From NCBI GenBank assembly GCA_030141605.1, contig JAQGDQ010001085.1, forward strand, positions 1-64,000: 64,000 bases of DNA. The letters run 5' to 3'. Below the pieces are notes generated by a model. The model did no database searches, was not told the origin of the DNA, and saw only the letters and a list, made by a program, of their open reading frames with translations. Made by a program: the position numbers and the translations under genes. Source of the DNA: Tubiluchus corallicola (lineage: Eukaryota > Animalia > Priapulida). Position 1 is the stretch's first letter. The number at the start of each line of letters is the position of its first letter. Positions 1-13,000 of the stretch are shown here, in pieces.

Positions 1-24
1 TGGCCATAATAATAATGGTTTTAC

Positions 25-3000
25 CCAGGCAGGCACTTTGAAGTCAGAGAAAACAACATCATGGTCCACCACGCGTACGGTCCCATTTGTAACAGGATTA
101 AGCCTGAAAGTGTAAAAAGTGCAAATTAACCAGAGATAATTAGAATCTTCCTGCTTGGAATTTAACCAGAGATGCTGACCTAACCATCGGTTTAGTCATT
201 GATTTGATTGTTGTCAGTGTTGGGTAGTAGCGCCTATACTGCCACTACTAAAATTAATAGTGTTGGAGCTGGAACTGGAGAAGCACCACAACTTTAAAAA
301 TAAGTAGAGGCAAATTGTAATTCACTGCTTTTTTATGTAAACGGTGTAATGGTACTATAACACTACATTTAAACTTGATGTTTAATGTCTGCACAGTGAG
401 TTGTGTTTTCATAGTAGTTGCAAACTTCCACAGATCTAGCAAACTGTGTACTTTATAGATGTAATGATCTCAGGAACAGTGAAGCAAGACTCTCTGGTTT
501 TCTTGGACAGCATATTCAGCCCAAAATGAAAAAGAAACTGTTGCTGCTTCCTGAGCAAAACCTTCAGAAATTAATTATATTTTTAAAACAGATAAACATG
601 TTGAATTTTGAGCAGTAGATTATGGAATGACATAAAATACTAGTGTCACATCAATGAAGAATTTACTATTACGTTTATAATGTATGAATGACCCGCAAGG
701 CTTAGTGTCTGTTTATCAGTAACGGCTCGTAGTTAAAATTACTGGGGGTGCTGCTTCAGAAAATTTTTATCCATTGTTTTAATACTGTGTAAAACAAAAC
801 AAACATATGTAATTTGTAATTGTAATTTTAAACAAACAAACATATCTTTATTCCTTCTTTATACATAAACTTGATAAAATCCTAAACAAAAAAATATTTT
901 TGCTTACTAATAGCCTAAATTATCTTAGTTCAAGCTTGATCCATTCATGGTGAGCACGTGACAAAAGGCGTTCAAACTGTGTGAGCGACAGTACTTTCTC
1001 TACCTGCACTCAGATATGTGCGCATGGTCGCATGTACAAGAACACGCATTGCTGGAGCACACTGTAGTGGGTTGTGAAGCAAACAGTACTACTCTCATGT
1101 GCTCTGGTTCCAAACAAGTATAAAGAAGGAACTAAAGAAAAAAGACTTATTATAAAGAACATCATCGATAATAGCAAGTCAAAATAGGGGGCGCTGCAGT
1201 ACCCACCATTGCTGTTTATAATCATAAATGAACTGTTTAGTTAGCATCTTGATACAATTTGTGTTTGTACTTGCCGTTTCTTTAGCTGTCACTTAACTGG
1301 CTCTTTTAACGTGCTACCTACATTTTGCAGCATACTGTATCAACTATGTTCATAAGTTAGAAGTCAGAAAACAGAAATGTAGTGGCTGTTGTAGTGGTAC
1401 TACTTTCACACAGTAATTGACCCCGCACTGCATACTGTATATATAGGGATTACACACCTCTCATGTTACAGTTTGTTGATAATTCAACAAAACTGCAACT
1501 AGAGATGTATAATTTTTGCTAATTTGAGGTTTAGACTTTACTGGTCATTGCACAATAAGCCTTTTCACAGATCTAGCAATTGATGATGATCATGAAAAGT
1601 CAAAGGCTAAGTAAACTAGACACATTTATGTACACTTGACAATGCCTTGCAGCACAAACTACTGTAGTATTAGTAATGGTTCTAACAGCTAGCTAGAACT
1701 TTATCTAGTTCATTTTTTGGTTCAGAAACAAGATCCTGCTAGTAAATCACTCTATGCGCAGATTAATGCATAATTAAATAAAGCCACATATAACTGAAGT
1801 TACTGAACTGATGCAGCAGACGGCTTTGCTTTACACATATGTCACATGACAGTTGTAGTTAAGGCCCATTACTGTGGTACACTTAACTTTTGACCTCTAG
1901 CAAATGCAGCATGACCAACAATGAAACTATAAAAAGGCTTATTAAAATTAAATTTTAATAGGAACATAGAAGTACCTGGACGTTTCTTTAAAAACTGCAC
2001 GAAGATAATGGGCATTCATTAATGCCTTGTTTGATAATGGAGTTTCTTCGTCTGGTAAAACTGAGCAAATTTCTTTATAGAGCTTTTCTTGAACATCTTG
2101 ATTCTTAGCAAGATTGTACAACATGAAACTAACACAACTTGCCGTCTGTAAAGGTAAGTGGAAGGATTTACTTATTTAGCAAACTCCTTACTAGAATGCA
2201 ATAAAAATCCATTCAGTTTTGCATAGCACGGAGATTGCAGGTATATTACTGCAGATAATTATTTTTGAATACACTTTCCCACATTTCTGTATTTTAGTTA
2301 AAAAATCACCTGGTTCCCAGTTTCCACTGTTTGGAAAATGACTGCTATTAAGCAGTTGGTTTAAACAGTATTTTCCTAACATAACTTGAATATACATGTA
2401 CAACATACATACACTGACTTTATGGAAATAAAAAAAAACGTTAATAGGACTGGCTAACAGGTTCAGAAGAACCTATTTTAAAGCCTCTCTACAAGCAAGC
2501 TATTGAGCAGTTAGGTATTACTTGGTGCAGAAGTGCAGTTTTTTTGTTTCTCAACTAAGTTTATTTATGCATTTGTTTTGCATTATATCCAGTGAGGTAT
2601 CTAGGACATCTCAACAAAGTTTCCTGAGTAAAAATATTCAGAAAGTTTGTTAGCTATTATTTTGCTCTTATTCGGGCACTATTATAGCTTTGTTGTCTAG
2701 AGAAATTAATATTTTAATTAATGTGGTGTATCAATTTACATTCTGTCTTTAATGATATTAAAGCCATTATTTAGTCACATTCACTAGTTGCTTCCACACA
2801 AAGTTTGTCAGTCCCATAGTATTCCTGATACTTGCGCTACAGAAAATTTTCTGAAAGTTATTGTTTTACCTGTTTATGCGATAAATATTACCGTTTCTAT
2901 TCCTGATATCATCAATTCTATAGCAATAAGGCAAGCTTGAACTCTATCTAGTCCTTTCGTTTCAAGCAGTGATTCTAAGAATGAATGCACATCTCCCACT

Positions 3001-6000
3001 TTCTTGCTTTTTGCAGCTTTTTGCATTGACTCAGTTGTTGCATCAACATAAGTCTGAGCAGTTCTGCAATAATGGATGAATTAGACATCATTCTTTAATA
3101 GTGGTAGTTAGTAGAACAATTAAGCAAGTGAAAGCAAGGTAAAGCAATTTATGATTCAAAATTCACTCTCTTCATAAATAATTTCAAATCTCGCAGGTAA
3201 TCTTTGAATCTATCTCATCAAACCATTAAAGGAAAGGACAAGTCACTTAGCAGGTTGGGCTCATTTTACTGTTATTGCTTAAATTTAGAAAAACATAGCA
3301 ACGAAATTTGCAAAAATAACTGTCTATAAAGTATACAGTTAATTTACACAGAGATGTTCAGGTGCAGTGGTAGCTGCCATTCACTTGAAAATCGTGATGC
3401 ATCTGGTGGACTTTGTGACTTTTCGTATGCGTATTGTAACTTTGCGTGAGCGTGCGCTGCTTAAAATAATCCAAATTTCTGTTGCCTAATGTTCATGCAA
3501 AAATGTGACAAAATTAGCTGTCTGATCGTTTGCAAAAACGGAAATTATTAATGTGCTGCAATTACTTGTCTCCAAGCGATGATCGACATCATTGGTGGAA
3601 GAATGGGCATTCCAAGTGGGAATGCCCAAGCGTAAAATAATTGTGACTTTAAAGTGGTTTTACTAATTATATAAGGTGCTTATCACACCTTTGCTACAAA
3701 AATCCTGCTTACATGTTTCGCAAACCATGAAATAAGCCTAGCTTCCTGGGAAGCTTGGCCTTTCCCTTAAAAATAGATACTTTTACTTAATGTCCATCTC
3801 CAAAACCTAATGGCCTTCACTGTTACATGCAATTCTGTGCAAAAGCCCATTATATACTAATTAAGTAGTTAACAGAAGCAAAATATGTCATGAAAAAACA
3901 GACCAGTAAAGAAATTGATACAACAACTTAAACACTAATTATTGACTTCTGTTCACTACTAAATTAGTGCTTAATAGGCTCTGCCTATATAAACTGGTTG
4001 TATGTTTGTAAATTTACCACTGCTGATGACAGCAGCAGCTAGTCGAAATGTTTGGCATGATTTTAACTTTTAACATTCTAATGCAAATGTTTTTAATAAA
4101 GTTGTACTATTCTTAACTATAAATGTTTTCATGTCCCTGCAATAAAAAATTAACTTATTTGCTTTTTAATTTCAATTTAATTAACTCCATCTAATTCAAT
4201 ATCTGATTTCAGAAGGTTTAGCCTTTATAAAAAACAAATAAACTTTGTTTAAGTTTAATTTCTTAACTCTGGCACTTATCCTTTTCCATCAAATTTGTTT
4301 CTTCGCCTGTACAGAAGCAAGTTTCCATCTTTTACCTGCTACAATAGTTGATTACTTCAAGGATAAAAGGTCGCTAGAGTTGGAACATCTACTGCCAAAG
4401 TTGCTTTATTGATCATTACGTTACCGATTTTAAATACATGTATCAAGGGTCATGATCCGCATTTGATTCCTATAGTTTATTTGAAAGACAAGGCCTACAA
4501 TAACATATATGCACATTGTAATAATCCATACATCATTATTACAGTAAGATATATACTTGAATAAGAAATCATGAGTACGAGTGAGCCTTTTCCAAGCTGG
4601 AGTAGAGAAGTACTTCCACCATGGAAAACCCATCATAGTTTCATAAATGGCATGAAAGAACGTACTGGCAGCATCTACAATTTCTTGAGCTGTTTTTTCT
4701 GTACCAACATTTGGTTCTATACATCCTAGTCGTGCGTCAAACAAGACAATTGCAATAGCTAAAAACGAATAATATAGGATAACTATTAAACACTAAGCAC
4801 AAAACACACACATTCTAAAAAAAGATTATTATGGCTTCTTACGCATTGACAAAACTAGTAAAAATAAAATGACGCACAATTTTATGGGGATTTTTATTAT
4901 CTGATATTTTTGTCTGATATCTGTACCAGCTAATAAGTTTATCCATTTATACAAGTGAAAAACTGATTTACAATTTCACAGCACCGTAACTTACATTCTA
5001 GAGCCCACTTCTGCAACCAGCTATGATAATTGTCTATTTCTCCATCAGGTCTAAGCAGGGATTCCATTACTCCAACAAAATCCTGTGCAACTTTATCTTG
5101 TTGTTCTGAAAATGAAGCACTAATAAGATCTTCACTAGCACAATAAGACTATTAAGGCATTAGCATAAAATTAATGTGTATGAATTTCAGAACTGGCACA
5201 CAGTCGATTTTACAAGGTCCAGACAAGCATCCCAATTAGTGGTTTCGTGACTCATTAATCAAGTGACCTAATTCAAAGTGAGAAGAACTATCATGTAACG
5301 ACATTAAAATCATGGAGTAGAATCTTTCCTAACTTGACTAGTGAACCACCACATAAACACAAACATAGCAAATTAAATTTTGCTGATTTCAAGCACCTCT
5401 GCATGGTTATGTAACCTGTATTTCTGTTGCAATTGTGTTAATGGACATTTTATAATGACATGCATATCATTATAAAAGTAATTATTAATTTTGATGCTAT
5501 TAGCAAGAAAATTTAGAAGCAGGAATGAAACCTTTGTACCTTTACAAACCAAGCCAAGTACTCATATCGTGGAGTGTGACCTTGTGTCTTGGGCAAGAAC
5601 ACGGTTATGTTTCAATTGTGGACTTCTGTCCATTTCACTGAGGTAATGCTGCTGTTATAGTTAGCTTTTTTGTTTTGTGATTTCACTTTTCAGAATGCAA
5701 AATTGAAGAACACAAATTTACCCAAGTAAGGCATTGTTGCTTCTGGATGTAGCATTACCTTCTGTATTATATTTCTAAGGTTGTGCCACTCTTCTCCTTG
5801 TCTGAAAGAAAATGCTCTTTAATCAAACAAAGAACGGCTGGTCACCCTCTTTATTAACCTCAAAATGTCTATAGGCATATTTTGAAATTTTCAAACACAC
5901 TTGCGATCGAGGTCGTCCAGAAAAAAAGCCCCTAAACTAACTCACATTGGTACCCTAGCCATTATCTTGGTAGAAACATTTGTAAAACAGACCTTCCGCT

Positions 6001-8624
6001 GTCCAAAGAGGTATACCTTTTCCTCCAAGACCACACCGGCCCTAGCAAACACGTTTTTTTTCTACAAGGTGTTCCCCTAGGAGCGGCGGGTATAAGAGAG
6101 GCTCATACCATTATGTAACCTGGGTTCTCCTCATTCCAAAGGGCTATGAAAGGTCGCACCAAGCACCACACAAAGCATCCCTAAAGCATCATGCAGCTCA
6201 GTTCAAAAAGGTATATATTTCTCTCCCCAAGGCCACACCAAGTGCTGCTAAAACATTTTTTCTACAAGACGTTTCTTTGGAAATCGTGAGTAAACATTTC
6301 CAAAAATGGTTGTTACTCATTGCCAGAACACCGTGTAGAAAAACGTACAAGGCAGAAATTGGTGTGGGTCTTGGAGAGAAATTTACACCTCTTTGGAATG
6401 AAAAGAAACTGGGCCACTAGATGGTGTAGGTTTCTTTTACAAATGCTTCTATTAGGATGAAGGACAACCATCGAGTTAAATTTGAAAAACTTTTTCTGGA
6501 CGACCCTGTATAATAACTTGCATCACAAATGAAGCCACACAAGTTATACGTTCACTTACAGATGGCCAATTCCAATGGGCATGTTCTTCGACTTTCGATA
6601 AGCAACTACAGGTTCAAATGGAGGACGAAATGGATACCTTCCTTCTTGACGATACATTGTTTCTATGTCAACTGGATCGAATAAATGCACAATAAACCGT
6701 CCTCCTCCAAATCCTTCCTTAACAATTTTGCCGTATTTCCTGTATTTATCCAGATTTGCCAAGTGAAGTTTTTTAAATTCATAAGGACCTGAAAATTTTT
6801 TTTAAGATAAGTTACTTTATCAGTCAGGAAGAAAGTAAGTCACTTATTATAAAAGTTTGAGAAGGACCTACCACCACCAACTCAGCACATGTTAACTGTG
6901 AAAGTATGATGGGCTTCCTGGCTGAGTAGACGAGCCTGAGTGCTTCATGTAAGTAATGTCCGTCCACCGAGGCTACGATATCCACTCAAAGCAGTATCAT
7001 TCATAAACCTTAGTTCTTCATCTCGTAGAGGGAGGTTGTATATGCATCCGATTGTGGCAAGGGAACATGTGCTGGTTCAGTGGCTCATCTTAACGGGATC
7101 TTTATTAATGAGTCAGTCACTACATCATCTTGTTGAGTAGGACCTGCCATTGCCTAATATGATAATTTCAATCTAGAACAACAAGTACCATTTCATTGAA
7201 CTCCTCCGACACGTTTGTTCTCACACAGTGTCATTCTTGCACCATTGACCAAAATCTGGGCAAATCTTGAGAAACCAAAGAGCTTAATTAGTCTAGACCT
7301 TTTATAACTTCAAACCTAGTGCACGTCTTCACTGAACAGCTTCTCTAGTTCCTGCTTCTCTAAATGTCTGAGTCAATTCAGAGATTACAAGTTTGTCAAT
7401 TCAATGGTAATATTGTAACAAAAGCACGTTTTCGTCTACTTCTAGTTCCAACTTTCCTACTCTTGAACTGGTACCCTTCGTATACAGGGCATATTAACCA
7501 ATAGGCTAACCAGGCTATAGCTTAGGGTGCCAAAGTTTGAGGGGCGTCACATTCTAGAAAAAAAATCTTATTTTCCTAGGAAAATGTGTATACTTTCATA
7601 TCATTGCAAAGTGTGCATTTTATAACACACCACAGGCAGTTATTGAGCGCAGCTTTTATATAAGTGCCACATAACGAATAGGTGCAACGTATTATACAAC
7701 AAGCAGTTGTGCAGCCCGGTTAAATATAAGTGCTATACAAATACATTAATACACCAAAAGTAATTGTTTAAACTGCTCATTACACAAACAATCATAAATT
7801 CACAATATAGATGGGAGGGATAGAACTATCAGCCTAAGGCGTCGTACAGTCTTGATACGCCCTGTTCGTACGGTGTGAGAAGCCAAGGGCTTGGGTTCGC
7901 AAAACATTATGTGAGACTAGAGTTCAAATGCTCGACATGACAATGTTTAGCATATCTGCAACAGTGCAGACACAACTGTACTACTAGTTTAGCACATCTG
8001 TAACAGTGCAGACAAAACTGTACTAATAAATCTAGCAATCTAACATTGGAAATACCGAATTCAGTTAACCAGCTGTAAGGCTTGATTACTCCTGCATACG
8101 GTGGTCAGTGGTCAAAAACAGCTATCTTGTAAGCAAAAGTTCCGTAGTTCAAATTCGGGCTGTATTCCAACTTTTGCACAAATTTCAAATTTAATATTTC
8201 AAAAAGCTTTACAAACAAATAAAAAATCAAGACGACCTTAACTAGCTACATAGCGATACACCCAATAACAGTAAAAACTGCAATTATTATAAAATATAAA
8301 TCCTGTCAAAATACACCTTATTGGGATATTTTGCTCTCTGGCCTTTGTGAAGGAACTTACTTTACAATTTAAGCACATGCCTCTACATAATTCATATTTT
8401 CAAGACAATAAAGTACTATAAATCTTACCAAATATACTGTATTGAAGCAAATTTCCAATCAGAGGCAGTCCTGGAGGACCTGGTATTTCCTCAAATAGCC
8501 GAGCTGCAATTTGTGCTTGTTCTTTTCCGGATCCTAAAGTCTTCATACAGCACTGAACTCTGCTTACAGGCCGAAGTTTTTTCGAGAACAGCTTTGAAAA
8601 ACGTCGCATGCTTGAATGTGGCAT
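25..8624 (-). CDS. Cytochrome P450, mitochondrial-clan-like (3' partial; heme-binding exon lies beyond window start)
   Basis: Eight in-frame GT-AG exons: 8624-8429 (alternative ATG 8609), 6788-6560, 5801-5722, 5105-4995, 4758-4557, 3063-2892, 2145-1976, 103-25. N-terminus is basic and presequence-like (MRRFSKLFSKKLRPVSR), followed by FEEIPGPPGLPLIGNL, C-helix GEEWHNLR, KWALES, FDARLGC, I-helix ISGIETT and K-helix KETSR (ExxR). FxxGxRxC is not in the window. Confidence 0.93.
215..1430. mobile_element. Possible old hAT-like non-autonomous element in P450 intron 7
   Basis: Termini CAGTGTTGGGT / ACCCCGCACTG with GTAGT/ACTAC-rich subterminal sequence. No TSD seen. Confidence 0.35.
1550..1940 (-). 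repeat. Dispersed repeat family member (unclassified)
   Basis: Its reverse complement matches ~24700-25100, ~32220-32620 and ~39680-40090, and more loosely ~16850-17190. Confidence 0.75.
3858..4075. repeat. Dispersed repeat with internal inversion and decayed hammerhead-like core (Penelope pLTR-like)
   Basis: 3858-3940 matches 52925-53010 directly, and 3945-4070 is the reverse complement of ~52815-52945. Contains CCACTGCTGATGAC..GTCGAAATGTTTGG. Confidence 0.55.
5908..6508. mobile_element. Tc1/mariner-like MITE in P450 intron 2
   Basis: GGTCGTCCAGAAAAA (5911) is the inverted repeat of TTTTTCTGGACGACCCTG-TA (6491-6510). Further internal inverted segments are present; the left end is degraded. 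Confidence 0.6.
7485..7864. mobile_element. hAT-like MITE in P450 intron 1
   Basis: Termini CAGGGCATATT / GATACGCCCTG. Flanks TTCGTATA and TTCGTACG match 6/8, consistent with a decayed 8-bp TSD. Confidence 0.6.
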
Positions 8625-10007
8625 TGCAAAACAGTATATCACACAAATTACATTATTATTCTTACTTCTAATTACTTCTTACTCGTTTCATTCAGCGGGT
8701 GTTCCGATGCTCCAGGAAAATGCATTCAAAGTAATCTGAAGTAAACAGGGTTTGAACAAGAATCTGTACTTACTACAACCGGTTTGAACTCCTGCATTGC
8801 GTTTAAACATTAGAGCATTGAGCTCACACAGACTTACAATTTTGCACTCACGCTTTCGCAGTTCAAACACTGACGTCTGCTGTAACTGACCAACTATATT
8901 TAACACGACCCTGGATGCAACCCGATGACAGCACCCATATACAAATTTTTTGGCGCAAGCAGTGATAATCTAGTGCGCAGCTGCTGTCTGAAACTATAAG
9001 GTAGTAGGCAACTAAACGTGAAATTCATTATACAATAGAAAAACTTGTGTTTTTAAGCTTTAGCGTCAGCATCGAGCGGTTATGTATCTGTTGAAGTTAA
9101 AAGACGAACGTTCAGATTTCTTCTGTAACAAAACCATCCTTATAACAATGCAGCATAATATGAATGAAGTAAAGTTCTACATTAATATATTATTATTATG
9201 TAACAAATTCACAACATTTTGTGACTATCATTATGTGACAATTTTTGCATCATTATGTAATAAAAAGGCAATTATATAACAATGTAGCAAAATATGATAC
9301 AAAATTCTGCACTGCATTTATATATATATATATATATATATTATGTAACAAATTCACAAAATTGTGTGACAATCGTTATGCAGCAATTTCAGCACCATTA
9401 TGTAGCATTGCATAACAACTCACTTGTAACCCATGTGATCAAATTCTTTATTAACGTCCATCATGTATATTGGACATCAATAAACATGCTAGTCATTAAT
9501 TATAGTTGTGGGTCATCAATTGGGTTACCTTATGCATAATTTTTGTTACATAATAACAAAAGTTGTTACATGTGATGACGAATTTTGCTATTGGTATTAC
9601 AACACGGGCTTATGCAGCATTTTTGTCACATAATGCTACCGTGTACATAATGACGGGTGCATGTTAATGAATGAAAATTAATGTGACAATAAGACGCTTT
9701 TTATAAATATCATATAAATTGTGTAATATTACTGCTAATCTAGATCCTATAATAAATTCAGGTGTTCGGCACATCTACGTAGATAAGCTAGATGGCGTTT
9801 CAGCTGATGAGTATCGGCCTGAATGCGTTTACGCTTACACGTGGAGTTTGATCGATGTGCCGTTAACGGTGTTTTATATGTACAGCGTACTCGATTATGA
9901 ATCTGGCAGTAGCTTTTTAAACAGCCAGTCAAAAACCTTTTATGCGTTTATTATGTCGTTTCCTTGGCTTGCGTGAACTTCGTAAGTCGCCATTTTCACT
10001 TGAGAGA

Positions 10008-13000
10008 ATGATCAACTTTCGGTAAGTAATTTCGCAATTTGGAAGCAATTCATTTGGCACGAAAGAGGCCTGTACCTTGTGTATAGGTTCTCAGTACATG
10101 AACGTTTGCAATTTGAGAATTTCGTTGTTTGGGACTTACTGGTACTCGTTAGACTATAACTCTATAGGCGTTAGTTTATAAACAGCTATATTGCATCTAA
10201 AAGTTTGAAATTCTTTAGGTTTGCCTACCTAGTCGAGATTAATTTTAACAGATGCTTTCGTAGACCCTTTTTTGTTGGCAGCATTTAGTAAATCTATCTG
10301 GAGTCCAGGAAACCAAAAACGGGCAAAAACCATGTAACTTTTTCTTATAATAATTTTGCATTTTCATGTTTTTCTACAATATAGGTCCATTATAGGATTT
10401 TATATATTTACTGTCAAGAATATAGACCATTTAAAACAGTATGCTATTATGAAATTTATGAAGTTTATTAATTTTTTCATCCATTTGTAAATTATGCCGC
10501 ATGTTGTTTTAGTTATGCATATAATAATAATAATATTCATGTTATTTTTGGTAGGAGAGCCACAAAAGACGATTATGAAGGCGTCTATAGCATTAATAAG
10601 AACATTTATGATGGGGCAGATCCTTTGTCCTCGCGTGAAACATTCGAATTCCTGTTGAGTCGACCGTACAATGTTGGATGTGTGGCAGAAGTAGATGGAA
10701 AACCTGTAAGTTCAATGCTAGTAGATGATAGAAAGCTTATGTGCTTTCAGCCTACAAGCTGTACATGTATATAAAAGTTCTAGGAATCTCGGATCTACAT
10801 TTTGGAGACTCGGAAATGTGAACTATTGTGGGAGAAGTATGCATCATTAACTTTCACATATGAACAGGAGCAATGCTTCATATTATGAAAAACACATTGT
10901 TGCTTTGAATAACACCTTCTTTTCTCCAGAATGAACCTGGACTTTTGCATTATGACATCACGTAAAAATAATTCTTCTCACCATATAGCTTAGTTCTACC
11001 TTCCAATAGTGAAAATCGGCCTATTTCTATTACACTGTTTCTTTTGACACATGTAATTAGTGAGAATTGTAATTGTTAATTGTTGTAATTTTGTACAGGT
11101 GCAGTATGGATGTCAAGACTTACCGTATATACTCGCATATAAGCCGAATTTAGAACTATAAAATACAATACTGAAATCAGGGGGTCGGCTTATATGCGCA
11201 TGAAACAAAATGAACACAAGGACAGACACTAATGCCAATTTTCCAGCCACACATTTTCATCGCTATCTGACTCTTTATTTGGTTGTGTGTCACCCAATGT
11301 ATAATTTCTTCTAGTATGTAACATAAAAGTAAGCATTTTACATCTTTATAGTAAAAGATTTCTATGAACCAAAAATACCCAATTAACAAAATGTGACAAA
11401 AAGGGATCAATTTTGTTGATTGGGTATGGAGTAAAATTAGACAAGTTGATGGTCGGCTTATATACTGGTTTTTGCAAAAACTGGCCATTTTAAAGCACTT
11501 TTAGGGGGTCGGCTTATATGCGATGTAGGCTTATATGCGAGTATATACGGTAGTCCTTCAATAAAACATGGCAAAGGCCATGGTGACTCCGTATAATCTC
11601 ATATTTTCAACACCTATGATGAAAATATGCTTATTTATTTATCATTTATTAAGCACAAAAATAAATGTATACATCTTATAAATGAGCAAAAGAAAACAGT
11701 AAAATTATATGTTCATGACCAATGAAAATGTTGTGCTTATCACTGTGTGCCATGGACGACAGCAAGGAGAAAATCATCAAATAGATCACAGCCTTTCATC
11801 CATTGTAGTATAATACTAAAACATTATCATTGGAGGCAGTGGGTTTTCTATAGTTGCTATTCAACATGCAAACTCTTTTATGTCGGCTAATGTTCGATCC
11901 AGGCAGGTTTGAAATTGGTCGCAACACGCATGCGCACCTTTAAAAGCCTCATCATGTCTTTCTCTCTCTGGAAAACTGCTACGGTGCTACAAGAGTTACC
12001 TTCCCCCCTCTCTTTTTCTCTCTCAGGCACTGCTACACTGCTTTGTAGCACTGTAGCAGTGTCACACTCATTGTAGCGATAAAGCGAGGACAGAGAAGGA
12101 GAGAGGGGAGAGAAAGAGAGAGAATAATAGTACATACATAGCATGGGTTTTAAAGAAAGAAAGGCCCTAATTTCAAACCTGCCTGGATGAAAGAGTTTTG
12201 CATGTTGAATAGCAACTATAGAAACAGCTGTTTTCTGCAATCATTTACCATCTTGCCAGTATAACATGTAGATGTTATATGTAACAGGAATCCTAATTAT
12301 TGTAAATTTATTTTTTTAGATCTCTTTTGGTATGATTTCGACTATTGATGATGGCAAAGCTATTTTTTGGCGGTTTGGGCGAGTAAAACCGGAGTATCAG
12401 AATCGAGGTCTCAGTCAGGCAACCGGCTACCATATTCTCAAAACAGTTCAACCTTGGGAACATGGTATATCAGAGCAATACTTTATGAATGGGTCTCCTC
12501 AAGGACCTGTTCCAGTTCCAAGAAGGGGTACCACGTGTATAGCAAAAAAGGTAAACTTTAGAAAAAGTAGTGAGTACAATTCTTCTCTAAAAGTAGTTCT
12601 AATAATTATTATTTTGTCATTCCCTATAAAACGTAAATATGACAAATCTAAATCCATAATCTTTTGCTTATTTCGTGACAAAACATAAATGCGAATTATT
12701 CCTACTAGTTAAAAAATCAGCAGAAATCTAATAGTAACCAAAAGCGAGAGAGCCAATGTCGGCATTTAAGTAGCCGTATTCAATTTCAGAACAAAAACTA
12801 TCAATTTTACATCATTTTGATTCACAACAGTATGCACCTTGATAAAATAACAAAATGCAGTAAACTCAATGGCGGACTGGCCCAACAGGATACCAGAAAA
12901 TTTCCCAGTGAACACCAAAGTGATGGAGCATCACTTTAGAAATAACGGAAAAAAGTAACAACTGAAAAAAGCAGAAAATATTGCGCAGGTTCTGAAAAGA

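Noticed and set aside
25-8624. Assigning a specific CYP symbol (CYP27/24/49/302-like)
   Set aside because: Clan-level features are visible, but orthology needs a phylogeny and the missing 3' exons.
9800-9840. CTGATGAG motif suggesting another hammerhead or C/D box
   Set aside because: No correctly placed GAAA or closing stems found.
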